Assembly (NCBI GenBank): GCA_964561095.1 | Contig: CAZLNV010000002.1 | Span: 1 to 49,374, forward strand | Direction of reading: 5' to 3' | DNA from: an uncultured Muribaculaceae bacterium | GTDB lineage: Bacteria > Bacillota_I > Bacilli_A > RF39 > UBA660 | DNA length: 49,374 bases | In this document: one piece after another, positions 28,848-38,308 of the stretch | Layout: every line of letters begins with the position of its first letter | How positions within the stretch are numbered: position 1 is the stretch's first letter | The notes under the pieces: model-generated | What the model was told of the DNA's origin: nothing | Databases searched by the model: none | What the model saw: only the letters and a program-made list of their open reading frames with translations | Position numbers and translations under genes: made by a program

Positions 28848-30413
28848 TTATATGCTTTTGCTATTTTTATCTTTAAAGCCTTCTAATTCTTCTATTATTA
28901 GGGATAATTCTTTATAACACGCTTTAAGCTCTTCTTCTCTCGTTATATACCTAGTGTAATCTTTATTTTCATTAAAATGTTGAATATTTTTACTTTTTAA
29001 ATTTTTAATAATCGATTCGTAGAATTTAGATATTGTTCCTTCACTATGAGCTCTTAAATATTGATTAAGGCTTGTTTGAGTTTTTATTAAAAAATAACCA
29101 TAGACTCTTTCTTTTAACACTTCTCTAACTTCTTCAGTATATTTCCCATATTTATCGTTACTTAATTTTATTAAATTGTTAATTATATAATCTAACGTTA
29201 CTTCTTCGGAATGAATTAAATAATCATATAAACCTATTTTAGAAGAATTCTCTTTTTTATTTTCTAATGAGTCTCTTTCTTCAATTAATTCAAATAAATC
29301 TTTCTTATTTCCTCTTATATCATATTCGTAAAGTAAGACCAATGGAAATTCACCATTAATTAAAGATTTCATGAATATGGATTTGTTTTTTTTCACAGTT
29401 CTCTCGAATAACAAATTAAAATTTATTAAATTTAAATTGCTTTTCTTCCTTTCGGTTATATCTCTAGATGATTTAGATTTATAAAAATTTAAATCTTTTA
29501 AAATGTATTCCTTGATTTCTTGTAATTTAGAAGGTGCAATTTCTAAAATAAGATAAAATAAGCTTTTGTATGAGTAATACATTGCGTCTCTTTCAAATGA
29601 TAAATCTTCATAGTTTCTTTCATAATAGTCTTCTTCTCTTAATAGTTTCCCTAGCATTAAATCTTTTGCACATGTCAAATTTGGTAAACTTATTTCTCTA
29701 GAATTTATTTGATAATAATGCCTTTTTTCATGAAAAAATATAACAAAATTGTCAATTACATCTATAGAATTTAAATCACCTGAACTAAAAAATATTGTCT
29801 TACTGTCAAAATCATAATTACCATATTCTTCATCATTATTAGGCTCTATTTGTAAATTTAAATCTTTTATATTTTCTTTTTCTAAAATTGACTTACATTT
29901 TTCAAAAAATATTTTTTTATACAAGAACTCATTAATAACCTGTTCTTTTTCTATTAAATTTTTAAATATATAATCTAAATATTCATTTTTTTTATTGCAT
30001 ATTCCACCGCATATATACATACGTATTAATTCTTCTATTTCATCTTTTGTTAAAACCTCACCATTTTTCATTTTTATATAATATGATTGTTCTAATTCAA
30101 TTTCATTTTTATAATCGATGTCTATCGTATCTGTAAAATTTCTTGTGTACACGCCAAGAATCATTGTAGCTTTTGCTATGTCATTAGACAATTTTATTCT
30201 TTCTATTTCATCTTCACATTTATTCCATTTTACTTTTAAACTATCGATGTATGATGTTATTGTTTCACTAATAATATTCATTTCAGATAAGTATGACTTT
30301 TTCTCCGCTTCTGGCCTTATAAATTTATTAGAATAATCAATGTATTCTTGAATACTAAAACTGTTTGTTGCTAAATCATTCAACAATTTTCGCTTTATAT
30401 CTAAATCATTCAT
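28848..30413 (-). CDS. large cytoplasmic protein with an HExxH motif, unknown function
   Basis: 521 aa from ATG 30411-30413 (MNDLDIKRK..., AGGAG RBS). Contains FFHEKRHYYQ. No TM segment or signal peptide. Confidence 0.8.
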   Translation of the reverse strand: MNDLDIKRKLLNDLATNSFSIQEYIDYSNKFIRPEAEKKSYLSEMNIISETITSYIDSLKVKWNKCEDEIERIKLSNDIAKATMILGVYTRNFTDTIDIDYKNEIELEQSYYIKMKNGEVLTKDEIEELIRMYICGGICNKKNEYLDYIFKNLIEKEQVINEFLYKKIFFEKCKSILEKENIKDLNLQIEPNNDEEYGNYDFDSKTIFFSSGDLNSIDVIDNFVIFFHEKRHYYQINSREISLPNLTCAKDLMLGKLLREEDYYERNYEDLSFERDAMYYSYKSLFYLILEIAPSKLQEIKEYILKDLNFYKSKSSRDITERKKSNLNLINFNLLFERTVKKNKSIFMKSLINGEFPLVLLYEYDIRGNKKDLFELIEERDSLENKKENSSKIGLYDYLIHSEEVTLDYIINNLIKLSNDKYGKYTEEVREVLKERVYGYFLIKTQTSLNQYLRAHSEGTISKFYESIIKNLKSKNIQHFNENKDYTRYITREEELKACYKELSLIIEELEGFKDKNSKSI

Positions 30414-30438
30414 AGACACTCCTATAATTATTTTAACA

Positions 30439-30475
30439 CAAAAAAAGAAACTATTTATCAAAATAGTTACATTTT
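30439..30475 (-). terminator. rho-independent terminator after spo0A
   Basis: AACTATTT-ATCA-AAATAGTT, followed by UCUUUUUUU on the minus-strand transcript. Confidence 0.7.
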
Positions 30476-30491
30476 ACATTGAATATACTAT

Positions 30492-31253
30492 TTATCTGAC
30501 TTTTAACATATCAAGTCTTAATTTGTCAGCAATAGTTACTATAAATTCTGAATTAGTAGGTTTTGCTCTATCAATATCTACACTATGCCCAAAAATTTCC
30601 TCCATTAAATCCCAGTCGCCTCTATTCCAACTCACTTCAATAGCATGTCTTATAGCTCTTTCCACTCTAGATGTAGATGTTTCATACCTTTTAGCTATTT
30701 CTGGATATAATTGCTTAGTAATCCCACCAATCAAACCGCAATCCTGATAAACCAAAGATATTGCTTCTCTAATGTATTGATATCCTTTAATGTGAGAAGG
30801 AATACCCAATTGATGAAGAACATTAGTGATATTAATTTGTAATTTATTTGCGCTAATATTTATAATATTTCCTTTATTAGTTGTATTTATAGTTTCTAAT
30901 ATTTTATTTTCTAAATCAAGTAATTCAAATGGCTTTAATATAAAGTATTTAACCCCATATTCGCTTACCTTTCTAATAGTTTCTTCTTCATTAAAAGATG
31001 TCACAACAATAACATTCTTATTAATATTATCGCTTTTCATTTTTTCTAATACATATATCCCGTCTTTTCTAGGCATAATCAAATCAAGCAATATTACATC
31101 AATATTATCATTTTTTTCTTTAATAGTATTATAGGCCTCTATCCCATCGTTTGCTTCGTATGCAATCTCAATTTGTTTATTATTAGAAAAATACTCCTTT
31201 ATCATCGCCACTAATGCTTTATTATCATCTACTACTAGTACTTTTGATTTCAT
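30492..31253 (-). CDS. spo0A: sporulation master response regulator Spo0A
   Basis: REC domain (VLVVDDN, LLDLIMPRKDG, ILKPF) plus the Spo0A-specific C-terminal domain (HIKGYQYIREAI...TSRVERAIRHAIEVSW...PTNSEFI). Confidence 0.95.
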   Translation of the reverse strand: MKSKVLVVDDNKALVAMIKEYFSNNKQIEIAYEANDGIEAYNTIKEKNDNIDVILLDLIMPRKDGIYVLEKMKSDNINKNVIVVTSFNEEETIRKVSEYGVKYFILKPFELLDLENKILETINTTNKGNIINISANKLQINITNVLHQLGIPSHIKGYQYIREAISLVYQDCGLIGGITKQLYPEIAKRYETSTSRVERAIRHAIEVSWNRGDWDLMEEIFGHSVDIDRAKPTNSEFIVTIADKLRLDMLKVR

Positions 31254-31339
31254 TTTTTATCCTCTCTATTCACAACATAATTATACAATTAAAATTGTAC
31301 TATTTGCTATAGGAGGGATTGTAATCATTTGCTTTAATT

Positions 31340-31366
31340 TGTCGAATTTTAGTTTATTTTGTCGAC
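31340..31366. promoter_or_regulatory. two 0A-box-like sites upstream of spo0A
   Basis: TGTCGAA at 31340-31346 is an exact match to the B. subtilis 0A-box consensus. TGTCGAC at 31360-31366 lies 20 bp away. Confidence 0.5.
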
Positions 31367-32047
31367 CATATCCCTAATATACTTTATATCAACACTTTTT
31401 TTACCTATTCCTACACCATCACAGACTTCTAAAATATCATTAATATTATTTTTATTGACGCCTATTCCGTAATATACTTCTATATCTGTTTTATAATTTT
31501 TAATAAAATATTCCTTAATATCAATTACTACTTTTCTAATAATATTTATATCTTGTGAATCGTTTTCTAACCACGATGGCTCATATATAATAGATAAGTT
31601 TTTGAGATTAAGAATTTCAATATCTTTTAAATAATAATTTAATTCTTTTTTTATATATTGAAATGGTTCTTTCATATATTTTGGTTCACCTACTACCAAT
31701 ATTGTATTAAATTTAGCAGTTAAACTTCTAAATAATTTTTCTTTTATTAAAGATTTATTATCTAATCCATTAATTAACCTTTCACTATGATTTAATATGG
31801 TATAACTTATTGATAAGTCTTTTAGGCTTTCTAAGCAAACTTCTCCTGTATAATTTCCATAATCACTTGAATAGAAGTTTTGACTTCCTACTTTAAATTT
31901 AAAATTTTTAAACAAAGAAAGATATGCTATATTAGGAAACAAAACAATATCTATTTTTTTACTATTAATAATAGTTATATCTTTTTTATAATTCTCTATA
32001 TCGTTCAAACTAAGATAACATTTATTATTTAATATTAATTTTTTCAT
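31349..32047 (-). CDS. tpiA: triosephosphate isomerase, highly divergent
   Basis: NNK, KVGSQN...YTGE, LNHSERL and IIYEPSW align to the catalytic Lys/His/Glu blocks of TIM. The start overlaps the pgk stop (ATGA). Confidence 0.8.
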   Translation of the reverse strand: MKKLILNNKCYLSLNDIENYKKDITIINSKKIDIVLFPNIAYLSLFKNFKFKVGSQNFYSSDYGNYTGEVCLESLKDLSISYTILNHSERLINGLDNKSLIKEKLFRSLTAKFNTILVVGEPKYMKEPFQYIKKELNYYLKDIEILNLKNLSIIYEPSWLENDSQDINIIRKVVIDIKEYFIKNYKTDIEVYYGIGVNKNNINDILEVCDGVGIGKKSVDIKYIRDMVDKIN

Positions 32048-33192
32048 TTATTTAACACTTCCAATATTTTAAAATTCTTACCTTCTAAATATTCTAAGGC
32101 TGCTCCCCCACCAGTAGAAATATAATAAAAACTCAAGCCATACTTTTTAACCGCGCTTCCAGTATCTCCGCCACATATAATTGTTTTTATTTTATTGGAA
32201 TTTAAGTATGTTAATAACTCTTTTGTGCCACTTTCATACTTTTCTTCTTCAAATTTTCCTAAAGGTCCATTCCAAACAACTAAATTTTCTATAGAAATCA
32301 AAGACTTATAAAATTCAACTGTTTTGTTTCCAATGTCAAGCCCAAGGTCTTCATCATTGAACTTGTCAAAATCTTTTTGGCCATTTTCAGTATAAAAGTC
32401 AACAGGAACTTCAATTTTATCTTTACTGTTTATTAATAGATCTTTACAATATTCTATTTTTTCATTATCAACTATACTTTTACCTACATTATATCCTAAT
32501 GCTTTTAAAAACGTAAAACACATACCACCGCCAAGCAGAATTTTACTACTACTTTTTACTAGATTTTCTATAACTTTCAATTTATCATCTACTTTGGCAC
32601 CGCCCAATATTACAACTTTATTATTATTCAATAAAGCTTCATTTAATTTATTTAATTCACTATCTACTAAAAATCCAGTGCAGCCACCAATATTTGAAGC
32701 TATTCCATAAGTTGAAGCATGCTCCCTATGTATACTTCCAAAAGCATCCATAACAAATTCATCTGCTAAACTAGCCCAATATTTTGATAATTCAAGATCA
32801 CATGAGCTTTCTAGATTATTAGGAATATCTTCATATCTAGTATTTTCAATTAAAAGAACTTCTTTTTCATTTAATAAATTAATCATTTCTTCTAATTTAT
32901 TTCCTCTAGTTTCTGAGCAAAATTTTACTTCCCTATTGAGTAATTTGCCAAGTTCAACACTTACAGGATATAAACTGCTATTTTTCTTATCTTCTTCACT
33001 CTTTACTTTTCCTAAATGAGACATAAGAATTATTTTGGCTTCAGATTCAATCAAATAATTAATTGTGTCTAAACTCATTACAATTCTATTATTATCTTCA
33101 ATTACACCATTATTAATAGGCACATTATAATCAACCCTAACCAATACTTTTTTACCTTTATAATATTCACGATCTTTAAGCATATAATTCAC
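32044..33192 (-). CDS. pgk: phosphoglycerate kinase
   Basis: 382 aa with VRVDYNVP, ILMSHLGK and GGGAALEYLEGK. Confidence 0.94.
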   Translation of the reverse strand: MNYMLKDREYYKGKKVLVRVDYNVPINNGVIEDNNRIVMSLDTINYLIESEAKIILMSHLGKVKSEEDKKNSSLYPVSVELGKLLNREVKFCSETRGNKLEEMINLLNEKEVLLIENTRYEDIPNNLESSCDLELSKYWASLADEFVMDAFGSIHREHASTYGIASNIGGCTGFLVDSELNKLNEALLNNNKVVILGGAKVDDKLKVIENLVKSSSKILLGGGMCFTFLKALGYNVGKSIVDNEKIEYCKDLLINSKDKIEVPVDFYTENGQKDFDKFNDEDLGLDIGNKTVEFYKSLISIENLVVWNGPLGKFEEEKYESGTKELLTYLNSNKIKTIICGGDTGSAVKKYGLSFYYISTGGGAALEYLEGKNFKILEVLNK

Positions 33193-33274
33193 CTCTATAG
33201 TTATTATAAAATAAATAAAATAAATTATAAATTATTATTTAAAATGTTTACATTAATTAATAACTTTAACATAA

Positions 33275-33480
33275 TATATATTCTTTAGTAAATACTCTAG
33301 CATTAGAGCAATATTCCATTACAAATTTATTATCTTTATTTATAAAAATTAACATATCAAAAAAGACGCAAATAAGTAAAACTAGACTTTATGCATCTTT
33401 TTATTTAACAAAAGTTATTTATGTTATATAGAAACAAAATTATATTTTGATACTAATAAAAGTTATTTAAATTTAATTTA
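33275..33480. repeat. repeat copy B: internally deleted derivative of the DUF1016 locus
   Basis: 33275-33337 matches 22431-22494, and 33348-33480 matches 23339-23475. About 840 bp of coding sequence is missing between the two blocks. Confidence 0.8.
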
Positions 33481-34893
33481 TTGTAGTCCAAATCTCATTT
33501 TATCAGTTTCATAATTAGATTTTATTTCGTCTGCTGTTAATGCGCGATTATATACTCTAAATGCATACATTTTTCCGGAAAAGTATGTTCCACTGGCTCT
33601 TTTACCAATATATGAATTACTATCTGTCCAAGTCCAATAACTCGAACTACTTAACGCCGAAATTTCATTATTATTTATTTTTAAAATTTTACTTGAAGCT
33701 GAGTTAGCCGTCAAAGATACAGCATAAATTGTATTTGATGACTGATTTTTCTGAAATAATACCCTTGAAGTAGCAATGGAAGTTATATAGCCTTGTGAGT
33801 AAACACCAAAACTTATTTTATTAGTAAAATCTCCAAAAATTATTTGATTAGTTGTAATACTTGAAGTCAAAAATATAAATTCATATGTCTTAGGAAGTGC
33901 ACTTGTTAAATTTGGTAATTGCACAAAGTCATCTGTTCCGTCAAACGATAAATAATTTGCTCCAAAAGTTGCACCAGTTATTGTACCATTGTTGCTATTC
34001 CCACTTAAATCATACCACGAAGTTGCACTTGCATTATGTCCTGTGCTTGAATTATTAATTCCATCATATAGCAAAGCCAAATCAGTTGAAATATACCAAT
34101 TTGCTGTTAAAGTTGCATTTGATGTACCCATAGTAAATGTACTGCCATTAATTGAAGAACCCGTTCCAACAAGTGACCATCCAGCAAATATATAACCGGT
34201 TTTTGTTGGGGACTCTATTTGTAAAGTATCACCAGTATCTAATGAAGCTACCGAACTTCCATTTAAAACTCCACCTCTTGAGTCAATAAAAAGTGTATAA
34301 GCGTATTCATCTGAACTTTGGTATGCGTATTTTTTAGCAGTTGCTACTTGCAAGTATCCCGAAAATCCCATTCCCCTTGTAGAATTTTGATTACTTCCAG
34401 TCTCATTTAATCCAATAGTAAATGTGTATGTATGAACCCCATTACCAATAAATTTACCATTATTTCCAATTTGTGAAGTAGAAGTAGGTACTACCACATT
34501 AGTGGCAGAAGCCAATACACCTGTATCTGTCTTAGTACCACTTAATGAGTATACAAATTCACTATCAGCATTCGCTGTTAAAGTATTTTGTCTAACCACT
34601 AAGTATATACTATATTCCATTTCATATTGATCACTTGCATCTGACCTGGTAATTGTAAACTCTTTTATATCTGTAGTTCCCGGAAAAATATTGCTTAATT
34701 CTATTTCACTTCCATCAGCAAAAACCACATTACCTAAATTTTTTATTCCTACGTTCATAGATGAACCAACTGGATTAATGACAATTACGTTAAAATACGC
34801 GTAAGTTACCCCAATAATTCCGAGCAATAATAAAAGTATTATGCTTATTGCTAATATAGTATTTGATTTTTTGCTTATATTTAATTTTTCCAT
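33478..34893 (-). CDS. secreted protein: TasA/CalY-type signal and N-domain, Listeria-Bacteroides (Flg_new) repeat, LamG-like jelly-roll domain
   Basis: N-terminal ...LLLLLGIIGVTYAYFNV (SipW-cognate-class signal look). TKTGYIFAGWSL...ATLTANW repeat. C-terminal ...SGKMYAFRVYNRALTADEIKSNYE. ATG 34893 preferred over TTG 34899. Confidence 0.82.
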   Translation of the reverse strand: MEKLNISKKSNTILAISIILLLLLGIIGVTYAYFNVIVINPVGSSMNVGIKNLGNVVFADGSEIELSNIFPGTTDIKEFTITRSDASDQYEMEYSIYLVVRQNTLTANADSEFVYSLSGTKTDTGVLASATNVVVPTSTSQIGNNGKFIGNGVHTYTFTIGLNETGSNQNSTRGMGFSGYLQVATAKKYAYQSSDEYAYTLFIDSRGGVLNGSSVASLDTGDTLQIESPTKTGYIFAGWSLVGTGSSINGSTFTMGTSNATLTANWYISTDLALLYDGINNSSTGHNASATSWYDLSGNSNNGTITGATFGANYLSFDGTDDFVQLPNLTSALPKTYEFIFLTSSITTNQIIFGDFTNKISFGVYSQGYITSIATSRVLFQKNQSSNTIYAVSLTANSASSKILKINNNEISALSSSSYWTWTDSNSYIGKRASGTYFSGKMYAFRVYNRALTADEIKSNYETDKMRFGLQ

Positions 34894-34931
34894 AATCAAG
34901 ATTCCTTCCTTAAATTGAGTATTTGATTTTT

Positions 34932-35477
34932 CTATTGAATTTCTTCATAAGCTTCCATAGTTAATCTTGCTCGATAAGTTGCCCCCATATTTTCAATTTG
35001 ATTGTAATTTCTATTTTTATATGTCATAGTTAGTGTATAAGTTTGAGTAGTAGAAACAGGTATTGTTGCTGCTTCAACTAATGCTCCTGTGGTAGCTGGA
35101 ATTAATGTTTCACTTTTTGCTCCTCCACCATTTGTTGAACTTAGTGTATACACAAAATCACTACCTGTTATTGTTGTTTCTATATCAGTCATTATAATAT
35201 CATAGTATATTGTCTTGCTTGCACGATTTATAACTGAAAAAGTTTTTGAAATAGATTGTCCTGGCATTAAATCGCTCATTGTAAAATATTCACCATCTAA
35301 AAATTCTATTTTTAAATTTGCTGTTGTTACATTGATTGACGAAGCATTATCATTACCGGAAATATTAATACTTAAATATGCAAATGTTAGTCCCACAGCA
35401 GCGCTTACTAAGCCGACTACACCCATTGTCGCTAATAATAGTTTTTTATTATCAATTTTTATTTCTTTTATATTCAT
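34932..35477 (-). CDS. small secreted TasA/CalY-like protein, paralogous to the N-domain of the downstream gene
   Basis: 181 aa with signal ...GVVGLVSAAVGLTFAYLS. Blocks shared with its neighbour: FVYTLSST/FVYSLSGT and TYTLTMTY/TYTFTIGL. Confidence 0.8.
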   Translation of the reverse strand: MNIKEIKIDNKKLLLATMGVVGLVSAAVGLTFAYLSINISGNDNASSINVTTANLKIEFLDGEYFTMSDLMPGQSISKTFSVINRASKTIYYDIIMTDIETTITGSDFVYTLSSTNGGGAKSETLIPATTGALVEAATIPVSTTQTYTLTMTYKNRNYNQIENMGATYRARLTMEAYEEIQ

Positions 35478-35523
35478 ACCAAAGACCTTTCATATTTTAT
35501 AAAATAATTTTATCATAACAATT

Positions 35524-35555
35524 AAAAAAATTAAACTTTTAGTTTAATTTTTTTA
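35524..35555 (-). terminator. terminator after gap
   Basis: An A-run, TTAAACT-TTT-AGTTTAA, then a T-run, immediately downstream of the gap stop. Confidence 0.65.
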
Positions 35556-35562
35556 TTCATTT

Positions 35563-36555
35563 CTATATATTCATTACATATTTTAATGTTCTTATCATTT
35601 GCGCAGTATATCCCATTTCGTTATCATACCAAGCAACTACTTTAATTAAATTATTATCAATTACATTTGTTAATAATCCATCTACTAAAGCTCCTGTTTT
35701 GTTGCCAATAATATCACTACTTACTATAGGTAAAGACGTGACTTTTATAGTATCACTTGAATTATCTCTAAACATATTATTAATTTCTTCTATGGTTGGT
35801 GTTTTTTCTACCTCCACGGTTAAATCAACTAGTGAACCATCACCAACTGGCACTCTAAAAGCAGAACCGTCTAACTTTCCTTCTAACTCTGGAATAACCT
35901 TTCCTATTGTAGAAGCAGCTCCTGTAGAAGTTGGTATTATGTTTAAAGATGCAGCTCTTCCTCTTCTGCTTAAAATACCTTTTTTATGCGGTATATCTAA
36001 AGTCTCTTGATCATTAGTCATAGCATGAATTGTAGACATGAATCCTCTTTTAACTTTATAGTTTTTATTTAATAAGTTTAGAACTGGTGCTAAACAATTT
36101 GTTGTACAACTTGCTGCTGATATTATTACGTCTTCTTTATTTAAAATGTTTTCATTAACTCCATAAACTATAGTTTTAGCATCATCTTTTGAAGGTGCTG
36201 ATATTATTACCTTTTTAGCACCAGCATTTATGTGCGCCATACACTTTTCTTTTGAAGTAAATACTCCTGTACATTCTAATACAATATCAACATTATGTTC
36301 TTTCCAAGGAATATTTAAAGGCTCTTTTTCGCTATATATTTTTATTTCTTTTCCATTTACTGTAATACTATTCTCTGTATATCCAATCACTTCGTTGGAT
36401 TTTCCATATATAGAATCATATTTATATAAATATGCCAATTGTTCTGCATCTGTTAAATCATTAATAGCAACTACTTCAACATCATTCATTTTACTTATTA
36501 ATCTTAATGCACATCTTCCAATTCTTCCAAATCCATTAATTCCTACTTTTATCAT
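35563..36555 (-). CDS. gap: glyceraldehyde-3-phosphate dehydrogenase
   Basis: 330 aa with INGFGRIGR and the catalytic SCTTNCLAP. Confidence 0.96.
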   Translation of the reverse strand: MIKVGINGFGRIGRCALRLISKMNDVEVVAINDLTDAEQLAYLYKYDSIYGKSNEVIGYTENSITVNGKEIKIYSEKEPLNIPWKEHNVDIVLECTGVFTSKEKCMAHINAGAKKVIISAPSKDDAKTIVYGVNENILNKEDVIISAASCTTNCLAPVLNLLNKNYKVKRGFMSTIHAMTNDQETLDIPHKKGILSRRGRAASLNIIPTSTGAASTIGKVIPELEGKLDGSAFRVPVGDGSLVDLTVEVEKTPTIEEINNMFRDNSSDTIKVTSLPIVSSDIIGNKTGALVDGLLTNVIDNNLIKVVAWYDNEMGYTAQMIRTLKYVMNI

Positions 36556-36567
36556 TTTATCTCCTTT

Positions 36568-38214
36568 TTATTCAAAATAACTTTTACCTAAAAATTCTCT
36601 TAATACACTCATTTCAGGAATGCCATCATCTGGTATACAAAAGAAATTTTTAATAAATTTAATTAATCTTAATGCTTCCTCGTAATTTTCATTTTCAGGT
36701 CCAATAGAATATAATAATGGTTCAACATATGTTCTTAATGCATTTATTTCATACATAAGTGCAGAATTATATAGTGCATCTGCTTCATTTTGGTATGGAA
36801 ATACATATTTTTCTTCACTATTTCGCATAAGTTTCCATCTTTTGATAGTTTCATCTACATTATAACCCCTACTTCTGTTATCTCTTACTATTCTTCTTAT
36901 TAATCTTAAATCGGTAGTTGATATATGGTTATGTCTATCCATCCCAAGAGGAGTAAATGGTGAAACATATATTTTAAATTTATTAGTTTTACTTATTGAT
37001 TTTGTTAATTCTTCATTTAATGTATGTAAACCTTCCACTATTATTATGCTATCTTTTTCTAATTTTAATGCATTTGTTTTATATTCTTTTTCTCCAGTTA
37101 AAAAGTTAAAAGTCGGCATTTTTACTTCTTTATAATTAAGCAAATCTTTTAATTGTTTATTAAATAATTTTATGTCTATAGCATCTAGTGATTCAAAATC
37201 ATAATTGCCGGATTCATCTTTAGGTGTTTCATTTCTGTTTTTATAGTAATCATCCAAAGAAATAGTAAAAGGATTTTTTCCATATTCTTTTAATTTTAAA
37301 GCTATTTTTTTAGATACAGTTGTTTTTCCAGAACAAGATGGACCTCCAATTAATATCATTTTAACTGACTTTTTTGATATAGCTGTTTTAATTATATTGG
37401 TAATTTCTTCTTCCTGCATCATTTCATTTATTTTTATAAATTCAGTTATTTTCCCTATTGAAGCTAACTTATTTATATCAGAAGCATAAGAGACACCAAC
37501 TTTTTTCATTTTATCTTCATAATCTTTAAATACATTTAATACTTTAATGTAATGATTGTAAGGTGGTATTAGATTATCCTTACCTTTAGGATACATTAAA
37601 ACTACACCATTAGGACTTATATATTTTAAATCAAATTTATTAAGTATAGATGTAGATGTTGGTAAAAAATAGTAAAAGTAATTATAATAGCCTAGTAATT
37701 CATAAAAAATTACATAATCATTAGAAATTTGATTATATAAATCTGTTTTTTCTAGTTCTCCATTTTTCTTAAAATATTCTATGGCTTTCTTTTTTGGTAT
37801 AGCAGTTTTTTGAATATTTATATCCAAATCTATTATTTCTTTCATTTTCTTTTTAATTTTTATTACATCTTCTTTTGTTATCTTACCATTTACAGTTGTA
37901 TATATTGCTTTATCTAATGAATGCTTTATTCTAACTACTACCTTCTCACCAAATAACTCTTTTATAGCTACGATGTATACAAATTGGAGCCCAGATCTAT
38001 AAATTTTACCACCAACTTTATCAGATATTTTTATAAAATTTATTTCAGCATCTTCTGTTATTTTATGTGATAATTCAACTATTTCTCCATCTATAGAAGC
38101 AGCAATTATGTCGCTAGAAGTGCCCAAAATTTTAATTAAATCGCTAACAATAATATCCTTTTTTACTATTATTTCTTTTCCACTATCTATTTTTAATTTT
38201 ATTTGATCACTCAT
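36568..38214 (-). CDS. uridine kinase/phosphoribulokinase-family P-loop kinase with an N-terminal TGS/ThrRS-like region
   Basis: 548 aa from ATG 38212-38214 (AGGAG RBS). P-loop ILIGGPSCSGKTT. Its stop lies 12 nt upstream of gap. Confidence 0.8.
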   Translation of the reverse strand: MSDQIKLKIDSGKEIIVKKDIIVSDLIKILGTSSDIIAASIDGEIVELSHKITEDAEINFIKISDKVGGKIYRSGLQFVYIVAIKELFGEKVVVRIKHSLDKAIYTTVNGKITKEDVIKIKKKMKEIIDLDINIQKTAIPKKKAIEYFKKNGELEKTDLYNQISNDYVIFYELLGYYNYFYYFLPTSTSILNKFDLKYISPNGVVLMYPKGKDNLIPPYNHYIKVLNVFKDYEDKMKKVGVSYASDINKLASIGKITEFIKINEMMQEEEITNIIKTAISKKSVKMILIGGPSCSGKTTVSKKIALKLKEYGKNPFTISLDDYYKNRNETPKDESGNYDFESLDAIDIKLFNKQLKDLLNYKEVKMPTFNFLTGEKEYKTNALKLEKDSIIIVEGLHTLNEELTKSISKTNKFKIYVSPFTPLGMDRHNHISTTDLRLIRRIVRDNRSRGYNVDETIKRWKLMRNSEEKYVFPYQNEADALYNSALMYEINALRTYVEPLLYSIGPENENYEEALRLIKFIKNFFCIPDDGIPEMSVLREFLGKSYFE

Positions 38215-38308
38215 ATGCTCTCCTATTATCATTCTTATTTTACCAAATAATTGTTAATTTGTGAATAAATTTATTATTTATTACTAAATATATTATTAGG
38301 AGAGAATT

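Noticed and set aside
38233-38308. Looked for a CtsR operator (GGTCAAA direct repeat) upstream of clpP.
   Set aside because: No GGTCAAA-like repeat is present in the intergenic region.
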